From contig NC_087437.1 of assembly GCF_036321535.1 (NCBI RefSeq), forward strand, positions 62,312,001-62,376,000: 64,000 bases of DNA, read 5' to 3'. Positions 51,611 to 64,000 of this stretch are shown here, piece after piece. Position numbers and translations under genes: made by a program. Within the stretch, counting starts at the first letter, position 1. Every line of letters starts with the position of its first letter. Below the pieces are notes generated by a model. The model did not search any database. It saw only the letters and a program-made list of their open reading frames with translations, and was not told where the DNA came from. The DNA comes from Camelus dromedarius (Eukaryota).

Positions 51611-54600
51611 TTACTACACTTCATGTGAATTACTTGATTCCTAGTTCAACGCCACACAACATTTATATCGTTATAATTCTTCAACTAAGCTAAGTTTGTT
51701 TGTTTTAGAAGAATTCAAATCAGAAACACTTACTGAGTGGCTAATATTTTCCAAGCCTGTGTTCTGAGGCTTTGTGATACGAATGAACCCCTGAACTAGA
51801 ATAATCTAGATTTGAAATTTATCTCTATTGTGTAATAGCTGTGTGACCTTGATAAATTTCGTAACCGATCTGATCAAATGTTTCCTCCTCTATAAAATAG
51901 CAATAATAATCATTCTGAATTCAGAGGTGTTTTGGGAGACTAAGTGACAGGATGTCTCTAAAGTGTATCTCAGTGATGGGACATGTCTTTCCCAATCTTA
52001 GCAGTCATTGGTTTTTCCATTTTGAAGACCAGGTTAGTGTCAAGTATAAAAAGGAAGGCCCCTTCAAGTGGTTGAATCTGGCTGGTCTCAGACTGCCCCT
52101 CATAGCAACATGCAAAGCTTGGAGGCAGTGAAGCAATATTTATAAGGTTATTCTCTTAATCATGAAAGCAATAGGCAGAGATTGTCCAAAAGAAAAGATT
52201 TCAGGGAACCCAGCACCCAACGAAAACCACTCCATCGTGAAGTCCTGCCAAACAAGAGAGGAGGAGTCAAAACACTGAATTTGAAAATGGAGAAGCCATG
52301 AATGATACGTATTGGATCTGGTTCACTAAGATGTGGATTAAGATATGGAATTAAGAAATGAAAGAATTAAGACTTGAAAATGTTACAAATGTTACAGTAC
52401 TTAACAAAGTTAGAATACGTAACAGAAACAGGAGGAATGGGAGAATAAGATGCTCTTTCCTGTATTTTTTATAGTGGGGTAGTTAATGTATACTGTTTAA
52501 AGTTAAATAATAAACTTTTTAAAATAGCATAGCTTATTATGGGTTTTCACAATATTTTTCTTTAACTTGGAGGCATGTCCTTGGAACTATTATCTCTTAT
52601 GGCAAAGACACTTTTTTTTTTTTGAAGCTTAGGAATTGTTTTATTTTCACTTCAATTGATTTCTCTTCTGTTAAGTCAAATTAAAAACTAAATGTCTTTT
52701 GTGTTTGAAAAATAGTGTCTATGTTATGATCTCACACTTGTAAAATCACACCTACCCACTGTCTCCCTCCATCTATTCTCCCTCTCCCATTGTCAGGCTA
52801 CACACACGGAGAGCGATGTCTCATGGGCTATGCTCTCAATGTTAACACTGATTACTGGATTGTGGTGGATTGTGGGTACTTTTCCTTTCTTTTTCTAGCC
52901 TTTCTATGTTCTTTGAATTTACTTTATCAAGTATGACCCAATTTAAGAAAAACAGTAAAATTATTAATTTAAAAAATAAAATGAGGACAACAATATGTAA
53001 CTTTCAGATTGTTGAAAGAATGTGTGTGTGCCTAGTGATGTGTGTGTGTGTGAGGAAGTTACACCGCGCACAGTTCCTGGCATGTTGGCGGCGCTCAGTA
53101 GATGCTAGGTGCTCTTGTTACTGCTTTCTTGGGGAGAGATGAAGAGCCTTAAATCTCGACTGTAATATTCTCCTGTATTAACTGAGGTTCTTAGCTGCAG
53201 AGATGAGCATCCCCTCGGTTTGGTTTATTAAAGGATATCAGGTGGGTGACAGAATCTCCCAGAGGGGAGCAATGGCCTAATCACGCTGCGGGAGTGAGCA
53301 CCCGGAAAGACAGCCCCTCTGCCGCACTGCTCCGCACGGACCCCACAGCTCCCACCGCTGGCCCCAGCACGATGCTGGCACCTCGTTTCTGCCTGTGATA
53401 GCCAGGAAAGTAGACTACATCTGGTGCTGCTTCTTCTAAATACCAGGTCAAAGGCCCCCTAACTTCACTGCTACTGCTTCCTGCATTTCTATTATTCCTA
53501 AGTTTCTATTATTAGCACCTTGGTTATCACCCACTAGACAGTGAACTCCTCAAAGGCAGGGACCGCAGTCTTATCTTTGCTCTGTGTCCATCTCTACTCC
53601 CTGTGACAAACATTCACATAGGGGATGTGTCACGGATATTTGGCTGTCATTTAGGCTGCTCCCCACTCCCTAAGCCTCGTTCTCTACCTTGTTTAGTCTG
53701 TGCATTTGTGAAATTGGCCTCTTTGTTTACCTGATTCATTCTTAAATGTCCCCGTGTCTGTGCCAATGAGTTGGCATTTCAGGGGTGCTATACTTATTAA
53801 AGGACTCTTGTGTCATGCCCCTTAAAGCAAGGTCAGAGTCCATGCTGCTCTGGGCCTATCAGCAGTAATCACTTTCCATAACTATTACTAACAGAGGGAG
53901 GTGGTAGTTTGTGGGTAATAAAACATGGTGGGGAATGAGTTGACTCATAGAAATTTAAAACTGGAGAAATTTAAAACAGGAAAGGGGGGTATCCCTCCAC
54001 CCCCACTCTGATTTTATAAATAAGGAAACTGAGGCCCGGAGAGAGGACGTTTTTCCAAGGTAATATAGCTGGTTCATGAAAGGGTTGGGCTAGGGGTCCA
54101 GGTCTTATGAGTCCCAGGGCACATGTTGTCATCAAAATATGTGTCATAAGAGCATGTGAGGTACAGAAGGTACGTGAGACGGCGAGGCCAGCAGCCCAGC
54201 CGTGGTGACTGAGAGGCAGAGCTCCCTTACGGAGGCCGGAGTCACCAGGGATTCTGTGGGAAGGCCTGGAGGAGAGCAGGGGCAGGGATGTGGGGCAGGC
54301 CTGGAGAGGTGTCTGGATGAAATAAAAACAGAGTGATGTGGTGAGTCAAACATGGTCTTTGGAACTTGGAATTCTGGGCTGCCACAAATCCCCTTGTTAC
54401 TTAACTTCTCTAAGATCCAAGTTTTTCATCTGTAAAAGCTTGCCCACAGCACTTTCAGAATTAAGTTAAAGGAGACAATGGATGTCTTGTAATTTCAGCT
54501 CAGCACCAGGAGATAACTCTGAAAGATGATGGTTGGTGACATCCTCATGGAGGATAAGTCTTGTGATCCTTCTAGGAGATTCAAAGTGAGCACCCATCCC

Positions 54601-55035
54601 TCTGTCCATCTTGAGAATTCTTTTGGACACAGACAAGCTCCTACCTTGGTGAGAGAGGACCTGTCCCCACTGGGCTGACTGCACTCGTGACCAAGTGCTG
54701 GCCAGCTACTTCCTGGGGCCACAGTCAGTCAGCTGCCAGTTTTTGTAGGACCCACAAGCTAAGAGTGATTTTTACATTTTAAAAAACCTAGAAAAAAATC
54801 AATAGAAGAATCATACTTTGTGAAATGTGTAAATCCTGTGGAATCCAAATTTCAGTGTCACAAATGATGTCTTATTGGGGCACAGCCACCGCATTTGATT
54901 GCATGTTGTCTACGGCTGCTTCCATGCTACAGTGGCAGGGTCGAGTATCATAATGGATTAGAGGTGACATGACATGACTCTCTCATCACTCAACACACCT
55001 CACACCACAGTGATACACTTGTAATTCAACAGTGT

Positions 55036-57392
55036 CTTTTGATTGGACAATTTAGTCTATTTATACTTGAAGTAATCATTGGTAGTTATGTACATATTAC
55101 CAATTTGTTCATTGTTTTCTTGGGGGTTTTTTGTACCTTTTTTTTTTATTGTTGTTCTTCTTCTTTTGCTCTTTTCCCTTGTGATTTGATGACTATCTTC
55201 AGTGTTATGTTTGGATTCCTCTTTCTTTTTTGTGTGTCTAGCTATTGTAGATTTTTGATTTGCAGTGACCATGAGGTTCATGTATAACAGCATATTGTTT
55301 CTAAGTTGATGATCTCTTAGGTTCAAATGCATTCTAACATCTCTGCATTTTTCTCCCTGCCACAATGCTTAATTTTTTGACATCATATTTTGCATCTTTT
55401 TGTTTTGTATATCCCTCATCTACTTAGTGTGGATATAGATGATTTTACTACCTTTAACCCTCCTACTAGCTTTATAAGTAGTTGATCTACTTCCTTTACT
55501 ATATGTAGGCCTTTACCAATAAGATTTTTCCTTTTGTAATTTTCATATTTCCATTGTGGCCATTTCTGCTTAGAGAAATCCTGTTAACATTTTCTGCAGA
55601 GCCAGCCTTGTGGTGCTAAACTCTTAGCTTTTACTTGACTGTAAAACTCTCTATCTCTTCTTCAAATCTGAATGATAGCCATGCCATGTAGAATATTCTT
55701 GGTTATAGGTTTTTTTCCTTTCATCACTTTGAATATACTTCCTTCTGGCCTACAAAATTTCTGCTGAAGTGTCAGCCTACTGTCTTATAGGAGTTCCCTT
55801 GTACATAACTAGTTGCTTTCTCTTGATAATTTTAAGATTTTCTCTTTAATTTTTCCATTTTGATCATAATGTGTGTTGATGTGGACCCGTTTGAGTTCAT
55901 CTTGTTTGAGACTCTCTGTGCTCCTGAACCTGGATTTTTTTCCCCTTTCCCAGGTTAGGGAAATTTTCACCTAGTATTTATTCAGATAAGTTCTCTGCCC
56001 CTTTCACTCTCCCTTCTCCTTCTTAGATCCCTATAATGCAAATGTTAGTAGGCTTTATGATGTCCCAGAGATCTCAAACTTTCCTCATTTTTAAAAATTC
56101 TTTTTTCTGTTCAGCTGGGGTGTTTTCTACTACTGTTTCCAGTTCGCTGATCTGTTCCTCTCACCATCTGATCTACTGTTGATTCCTTCTTGTGTGTTTT
56201 TTCATTTCAGTTATCGTATTCTTCAGCTTTGTTTTTCTTCTTTACATCTTCTATCTGTTGAAATCGCACTGTGTTCATCCATTCATCTCCCAAGTTTGTT
56301 GAGCATCTTTGTGATCATTAGCTTGAACTCTTCAACAGGTAGATTACATATCTCCTCTTTGCTTAGTTCTTTTACTAAAGTTTTGTCTTGTTTCTTCATT
56401 CAGAACATATTCCCATGTCTCCTCATTTTGCCTAATTCTCTGTGTTTATTTGCATGTATTACATAGGCCAGTTATTTCCTGATCTTGGAGAAGTGACTTT
56501 ATATAGGAGACATTCCATGAGGTCCAGCAGCACACTCCCCTCTGGTCTCCAGAGCTATATGCTCATATGTTGCCCCCTATGTGGGCTGGATGAGCCCTTC
56601 TCTTGTGCAGCCAGCTGCCACAGGCACATGATAGGCAGGCCTGGCCCCAGCCTGGTTGGCTGCTAGGCCTTGCCTCGTGTAGTGGCGGCTGGCCCACTGA
56701 TGGGCAGGGCCAGGTCCTGGATCTGGTGCCCAACCATTAGTGAACGGATAAACCTGTGGTGCTAATAAGCTAGGGGGAGGACTCCAAAATGACACGTGCC
56801 AGCACCAGTGTCCTCATGGTAGAAGGAGTACCCCAAAATGGCTTCTTCCAGAATCTATGTCCCCAGGGGTTTCCCTTTGCTTCCTGCCTCTTGAGGAGGC
56901 ACTCTAAGTTTAGCCAATGGGTCTGATCCAGGCTTCTTTCAATTTACTGCCTCTAAACTGGGACTCAGAGCATGAGATATTCTGTGAGCCCTTTAGGAGT
57001 GGAGTCTCTGTTTCCTACAGCCTTCTGGCTATCCTGAATGCAAGCCCCGCTGGTTTTCAAAGCCAGACATTCTGGGAGCTTGTCTTCCCAATGCAGATCC
57101 CCTGGGCCAGGTGGGGCCATTACCCCTCACACATTGGAAAGAACCTCTGCGGCTGTGATTATCCTCCTGTTTGTGGGTTGTGTCCCTGAGGGTGTAGATC
57201 TTGAGTATACTCCATCCTAGCCCCTTTTCTTCATCTCATTATGGCTCCTTCTTATATCTTTAAGTGGTGGAAATCATTTCTGCTGTTGTTCAGGTTGTTC
57301 TAATTGATAGTTGCTTTGAAATGTTTGTAGATGGTGTGTAGTTGGAGAAGGTGAGCTCAAGGCTTTCCTACTCCACCATCTTGGCCACACTC
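55036..57392 (-). mobile_element. Old L1 5' portion (5'UTR, ORF1, start of ORF2), antisense, inside the hAT element
   Basis: Minus-strand ggccaagatgg 5' end near 57385, ORF1-type text at 55600-56400, and an endonuclease start motif (ttacttcaagtataaatagactaaattgtccaatcaaa) near 55040-55080. Confidence 0.75.
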
Positions 57393-58392
57393 AGCAGATT
57401 TTGTATTAGCAATGGGAAATGAATTTTGTGTCCCATCTCTAGCCTCTTAGGAAATGCCAATGCTTCAGTATTTTCTTTTTTAAATCAGCAATTCATATCA
57501 ATCATTTCAAAACAAGAAGACAAAATGGACTTCAAAGATTATGTTTTAAATCCCAGTATGGGTTATTTTGTTATCAGATTTGACGGAAAAGCATTATTTA
57601 TTAGGCAGTGACATTATAGGTGGATTAAAATAATAGATTATGTTTACATTTTCAGATTAAGGATATACCGCAATATTCCGAACTCACAGGAAAGCAACCA
57701 TCAGGAAAAATAGAAAATTTTAAATGGAATATCTCATTACAGAAGAATTTCATCATAAAATTAAATAATGAAAATCAGGCTACAATCAAAGCAAGTTTCC
57801 AAGTGGCTCATTTGTTAGTCAAGCAAAAAAGCCATGTAGGCATGAATTAATTAAATTGTGTTTCCAGCAGCCAAAGAAATGTATCCAGAGGAAAGAAACT
57901 TGTTTAAAACTGTGTCAGCAAAATCAGTTGCTCCGAGAGTTGAGACTACAGGGAAGAGTGTCTTTGGTCAACTAATAAACAAGGCAAATAATTTTGAGTG
58001 ATTTTCCTTGGCTCTTGATGATTTGATAGATGTCACCAGGACTACTCAGTTGTTCTTTTTTCAAGGAGTCAGTGACATGTTCGAAGTGACTGAAGAATTA
58101 GCCTCGATGAATAGCCTCTGTGGAACAACTATAGGAAAGAATATTTTCAAAATATAATTATACACTTTAAATGGGTGAGTTGCATGATAGGTGAATTAAG
58201 TCTCAAGAAAGCTGTTTTTTGAAAAAGGCTATTTTCAAAGAAGTTGAGAAAACAGTATTTCCGTTATAAACTGAAGTGGAATCTATTAAAATATGTTACA
58301 ACTGAATGTTGTAGAAATATGTGTGGTGCAGAAAAAAACTATAGTTGGATTCATTTATAAAGTTGTAAAAATGTTAGACATTTAAAGGCTAT

Positions 58393-59919
58393 GGTTGCTT
58401 CCATGTCTTGGCCATTGTAAATAGTGCTGCTGTGAACATTGGGGTGCATGTATATTTTTGAATTAGAGTTTCCTCTGGATATATGCCCAGGCATGGAATT
58501 ACTGGATCATAGGCAAGTCTATTTTCAGTTTTTGAAGGATCTCTCCAATGTATTCCATAATGTCTGCACCAAACTACATTCCCACCAACAGTGCAGGAGT
58601 GTTCCCTTTTCTCCACACCCTCTCCAGCATTTATCATTTGTGGACTTTTAAATGATGGCCATTCTGACCAGTGTGAGATGATAACTCATTGTAGTTTTTA
58701 TTTGCATTTCTCTAATAGCTAGAGATATCTAGCATTTTTTCATATGCCTATTGGCCATGTGTGTCTTTAATGGAGAACTGTTTTTTAGGTCTTCTGCCCA
58801 TTTTTGGATTGGGGTTTTTTTTTTGAGAGGGGTGGTTTGTTTGTTTGTTATTGAGTTGTATGAGCTGTTTGTATATTCTGGAAATTAAGCCCTTGTCAGT
58901 TGCATTAGTTGTAAATATTTTCTCTCTTTTTATAAGTTGTATTTTCATTTTATTTATGTTTCCCTTTGCTGTGCAAAAGCTTATAAGTTTAATCTTAGGT
59001 CCCATTTGTTAATTTTTGCTTTTATTTCTATTGCCTTAGTAGACTGCCCTAGGAGAACATTGCTATGATTTATATCAAACAATGTTTTGCCTATGTTCTC
59101 TTTGAGGAGTTTTATGATGTCTTGTCTTATATTTAAGTCTTTAAGCCATTTTGAGTTTATTTTTGTGTATAGTGTGAGGGAGTGTTTTAATTTCATTGAT
59201 TTACATGCTGCTATCCAGTTTTCCCAACACCACTTGTCAAAGAGACTATCTTTTCTCCATCGTATATTTTGCCTCCTTTGCCAAAGATTAATTGACTGTA
59301 GGTGTATAGATTTATTTATGGTGTCTCTGCTCTGATCCATTGATCCATATGTCTGTTTTTATGCCAATATCATGCTGTTTTGATTACTCTAGTATTGTCT
59401 GAAGTCTGGGAGGTTATTCTTCCAGCTTTGGGGTTTTTTTTTTCCTTCAGTATTACTTTGGAAATTTTGGGTATTTTGTGATTCTATATATATTTTAGGA
59501 TTATTTGTTCTAGTTCTGTGAAAAATGTCCTGGGTAATTTGATAGGGATGGCATTAAATCTGTAGATTGCTTTGGGTAGTTGGCCATTTTAACAATATTA
59601 ATTCTTCCAATCCAAGAGCATGGGATAGCTTTCCATTTCTTTAAATCATATTTAATTTCCTTAATCAATGTTTTATAGTTCTCTGCATATAAGCCTTTCA
59701 CCTCCTTGGTCAAATTTATTCCTGAGTTTTTTTTTTTTTTTTTTTGGATATGATTTTAAAAGAGAATTTTTTTAAAACTTTCCTTTTCTGATATTTCATT
59801 GTTAATGTAAAGCAATGCAAGATTTCTGTATGTTAGTCTTGTGTCCTGACACCCTGCTAAATTCATTTATCAACTCTAGTAGTTTTTCCATGGATTCTTT
59901 AGGATAAAGAAGTTGTGAG

Positions 59920-59959
<40 letters not shown>

Positions 59960-60420
59960 GAATACTACTTAGCCGTGAAAAGAATAAAATAGTAACATTT
60001 TGCAGCAACATGGATGGACCTGGAGCTCATCATACTAAGTGAAGTAAGCCAGAAGGAGATAGAAAAATACCATATATCACTTATATGTGGAATATGAAAA
60101 ATGACACAAATGAACTTATTTACAAAACAGAAACAGACTCATAGACATAAGAAACAAACTTATGGTTACCAGAGGGAGAAAGGGGTGGGGAGGGATAAAC
60201 TGGGAGGTTGGGATTTATAGATGCTAGCCACTATATATAAAACAACTAAACAGTAAGTTATAGCACAGGGAACTACATTCAATAACTTTTAAAAGCCTAT
60301 AATGTAAAAGAATAGGAAAAGGAATATATATATGTATAAATGAATCACTATACTGTACACTAGAAATTAACACAACATTGTAAATCAACTATACTTCAAT
60401 TTTTAAAAATTCAAAAAGAG
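58393..60420. mobile_element. L1 with 5' inversion (minus-strand ORF2 58393-59900 + plus-strand 3' end 59902-60420)
   Basis: The minus arm ends at ...gacatggaagcaacc. The plus arm starts at ggataaagaagttgtg, the nearly contiguous next L1 sequence. Confidence 0.8.
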
Positions 60421-60574
60421 AAGCACAAACAAAAATTTGATCAGGAATATTACACAAGTAGGAGATTTTACTTGTGTTTAAAAGGAAAATTTTCTTCACT
60501 AATCAACTTTCTAAATAATTTAAAAATACTCCAATGAATATTTAGTATTTAAAACTAACAAATGTTAAGATATT

Positions 60575-61959
60575 ACAGTCTATTCAGCAAATGGTGTTGG
60601 GAAAACTGGAGAGAAGCATGTAAAGCAATGAAGCTAGAACACTCCCTTACACCATACATAAAAATAAACTCAAAATGGATCAAAGACTTAAACATAAGAC
60701 AAGATACAATAAACCTCCTAGAAGAAAATATAGGCAAAACATTATCCGACATACATCTCAAAAATGTTCTCCTAGAACAGTCTACTCAAGTCTACTCAAG
60801 CAATAGAAATAAAAGCAAGAATAAACAAATGGGACCTAATTAAACTTACAAGCTTCTGCACAGCAAAGGAAACCATAAGTAAAACAAAACGACAATCTAT
60901 GGAATGGGAGAAAATTTTTGCAAATGAAACCGACAAAGGCTTGATCTCCAGAATATATATGCAGCATATATGACTTAATAAGAAAAAAACAAACAACCCA
61001 ATCCAAAAATGGGTGGAAGACCTAAACAAGCAATTCTCCAAGGAAGACATACAATTGATCAATAGGCACATGAAAAAATGCTCAATATCACTAATTATCA
61101 GAGAAATGCAGATCAAAACTACAATGAGGTATCGCCTCACACCAGTCAGAATGGCCATCATTTCAAAGTCCACAAATGACAAATGTTATAGAGGCTGTGG
61201 AGAAAAGGGAACCCTCCTGTGCACTGCTGGTGGGAATGTACTTTGGTGCAGCCACTGTGGAAAACAGTGTGGAGATTCCTCAAAAGACTAGGAATAGACT
61301 TACCATATGACCCAGGAATCCTGCTCCTGGGCATAAATCCAGAAGGAACCCTACTTCAGGAAGACACCTGCACCCCAATGTTCATAGCAGCACTATTTAC
61401 AATAGCCAAGACATGGAAACAGCCTAAATGTCCATCAACAGATGACTGAATAAAGAAGAAGTGGTATATTTATACGATGGAATACTATTCAGCCACAAAA
61501 ACCGACAACATGACGCCATTTGCAACAACATGGATATTCCTGGAGAATGTCATTCTGAGTGAAGTGAGCCAGAGAGGAGAGAAAAATGCCATGTGAGATT
61601 GCTCACATGAGGAATCTTAAAAACAAACAAACAAACAAAAAAACCACACACACACACACACACAAACACATAAATACAAAACAGAAACAGACTCATAGAC
61701 ATAGAATACAAACTTGTGGTTGCCAAGGGGCAGGGGGTGGGACGGGATAGACTGGGATTTCAAAATGTAGAATAGATAAACAAGATTATACTGTATAGCA
61801 CAGGGAAATATATACAAGATGTTATGGTAGCTGACAGAGAAAAAAAAGTGACAATGAATATATATATGTTCATGTATAACTGACAAATTGTGCTGTACAC
61901 TGGAATTTGACACAACATTGTAAAATTATTGTAAATCAATAAGAAATGTCAGGAAAAAA
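60575..61959 (+). mobile_element. 5'-truncated young L1 with 11-bp TSD
   Basis: ORF2 remnants [29 protein letters not shown] and [14 protein letters not shown] gttaagatatt at 60564-60574 and 61960-61970. Confidence 0.92.
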
Positions 61960-63333
61960 GTTAAGATATTTCTTTTACTGTGTAGAAAAATGGCCATGAA
62001 AGTTTACAGGATAATTTTACTACTTTACATCAGAATGAATGCATTATGATTTGCCTAGTACGTATGTCTTTCAAAATATTTTAAAGACAATTATTTCTTT
62101 TTTTTAACTACAAACTTTATTAAAAGTAAATAAATGTAACATATAGTATGTACAGATGACACATGATGTCAATTTTATTTGCAGATACAGTTTTCCAAAG
62201 TTCACAGGGTACAATTTTGCCACATGTATTATTGGCCAATAATAAAGTCAAGTATTTCTAAATTAAATATTTAAGAGCATTTGAAATATGTGCTTCCTGA
62301 AGGACCCCTTGGGGAATCTTTTCACATGTTAAAAATTTTAAATAATCCTCTATATTCATCATTTGAATATTTTATATTTTACTTAAATTCTGACCCAGGC
62401 TAAATCTAATTCTGTCTTATTTTAGAAACATACACCACACACAAACCTATTTTTTTTAAAGCCTATTATTGTTCATTGTATTATTTATGAGTAAATATTT
62501 TGTGGAAGATATTTGTATACATCATATGTTGTGAGCTGGTACTGTAATTTCATTCACTATCAGTGGACTTCACCGTCACTGGTTTTGTGAATTTTAATCC
62601 AGTATAAAAGCTAGTATCTTGTCTTACCCTACTATAAAGCAGTTTGATGGCTTAGCAGTACTAAAGGTTTATTGCAAGTTTTTGAGCACAGGGCTAAGAT
62701 TAAACTCTTTCTGAGTGAGAAGAACCTCTCATAACCACTACAGTCAAACAAGACTGGGGTTTGAAAGTATCTTTTGCTAAAGACTTGATAATGCTTCTTA
62801 AAGAACTCAACTTACATTTACAAGGCAAAGCAGGACTACATGCAAATTTTGTACGATGGAAACGTCATTTTAACAACAATCTAATAATGTGTAATTCACA
62901 AGAAATATCAAGCTACTATCTATGCTTCTCATGTGGTCAAAAGTTAAAATAAGAAAATCTTTCCCACACAAATTTGCAGCAGACGTATTTTCTGAACTTA
63001 AACCACAGTTCTGGCTCTGTTTTTTGAGTTCAATGCAAGTGCAAAGAAACTTTCTGTATTTCAAAATCTGTTTTACTATGCAATTGAGGAACAACTACCT
63101 AACATTCAATTGGAAATGATTAATTTGCAGTGTAATGGCTGCTAAAGGGCAACTACCAATAGAAGAATCTAGTAGATTCCTATAGCTGCCTTCCGAGCAG
63201 TGGATATACTTAATGAAAGTTACATGCTTGTGGGCTGATATCAGCATTTGGCATTATAGCCTCTGAGTGTGAAAAGACATTTTCAAAGATGAAATACATA
63301 AATTTCATTATAAATCAGCATTAACAGTTGAAC

Positions 63334-63883
63334 TGAGGTGGGAAGCCCCACAAAAAAAGACCGGTAGGACCCCCAGGCAGGGCCACTACTCTCCTGCCAG
63401 CACCATCCAGTTCCCTGGCCCAGAGGCTCTATCTCACTTTTTGCCTCTGAAATGGCTTACTTCTAGGAAAGTGGAATTTACCCATAAAATGCTATTGATT
63501 CCCTGAGCTCACTCCTGATTGGTTATTTCTCTCACTCTTGATTGGTTATTTCTTTTACTCCTGATTGGTCCATTTCCCTCATTCATGACTGGTTATTTCT
63601 CTCCCTCCTGATTGGTCCATTTCTACAAAGCTTGTTCCTAATTAGTCAACTTTTGTTATACCTTATTTGCATATGATGTTGCAAAATGTAAACTGGCAGC
63701 CTATAAAAGCCTGTGTAAACCTACAGCAGGGTCCAGAATTTGGAGTGTTAACTCCTCTGGGGCCGCTGGCATAATAAACCCGAGTTCTCCAACTCTCTGA
63801 GTGCTGCTTGGTCTCTCGCCGGGATCCAGGTTGCTGTCACAACTGAGCTGTAACACTGAGCTGTAACACATTTTTCTGCAACA
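63334..63883 (+). mobile_element. ERV solo LTR with tandem CCAAT boxes, TATA and poly(A) signal
   Basis: gaac|TG...CA|gaaa. ATTGG at 63518, 63541, 63564 and 63611; ATTTGCAT at 63665; TATAAAA at 63702; AATAAA at 63773. Confidence 0.85.
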
Positions 63884-64000
63884 GAAAATTTGTGATCAGT
63901 TTTGATGACATAGTGAACCTAACTTCCTGAACTTCAATTAAGCGAAATATTAACCCCCTACCTCAGTAATTCTATTCTTTATTAGTAAACCAGTATTACC

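Larger units (their letters stand above)
54692..64000 (+). mobile_element. Fossil hAT-Charlie DNA transposon (Cheshire/MER58-like), split by nested insertions and running off the window end
   Basis: MER58-like left end at 54692-54950 (aaatttcagtgtc...cacagccac...tgtctacggctgct). Degenerate transposase pieces: FSLALD...EVTEELASMNSLCGTT (57990-58140), HCII (~62474), SFPHKFAADVFSELK (~62960), CEKTFSKMKY (~63270). Confidence 0.8.

Noticed and set aside
49200..54690. Search for MUC13 or another downstream gene
   Set aside because: Only MIR, MLT and L1-like fragments and unique DNA. No supportable exon.
57500..63330. Domesticated hAT transposase gene (GTF2IRD2/EPM2AIP1-like)
   Set aside because: Many stops and frameshifts plus multiple retro-insertions. 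It is a fossil, not a gene.

Overview
Mammalian genomic DNA, most likely camelid, judging by three copies of a tRNA-derived SINE resembling Vic-1 and a distinctive young L1 family. The + strand carries the 3' 15 exons of HEG1 (heart-of-glass homolog). The window opens inside a coding exon. All exons have GT-AG boundaries and splice in one continuous frame of about 1212 codons: Ser/Thr mucin stalk, EGF, Ca-EGF, SEA-like region, further Cys-rich/EGF modules, TM helix, and a cytoplasmic tail ending ...RRRDYF*. The stop is at 44127 and a roughly 5 kb 3'UTR ends near AATAAA at 49105. The most notable points in HEG1 are a skippable cassette exon (4769-5242) carrying a 12-unit coding minisatellite (ETT[T/S]PR), a Tyr->His change in the Rasip1-binding TDVYYSPTS motif, and a possible read-through truncated isoform after the large mucin exon. 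The introns hold many antisense solo LTRs and short young L1 3' ends with target-site duplications (TSDs). The last 9 kb is a fossil hAT (Cheshire/MER58-like) transposon split by nested insertions: several L1s, including a twin-primed inverted L1 with apparently transduced DNA, and an LTR with tandem CCAAT boxes. No prokaryotic-type system, CRISPR array or functional RNA gene was found. Comparisons to human HEG1 and repeat family names are from recall, not from a database search.
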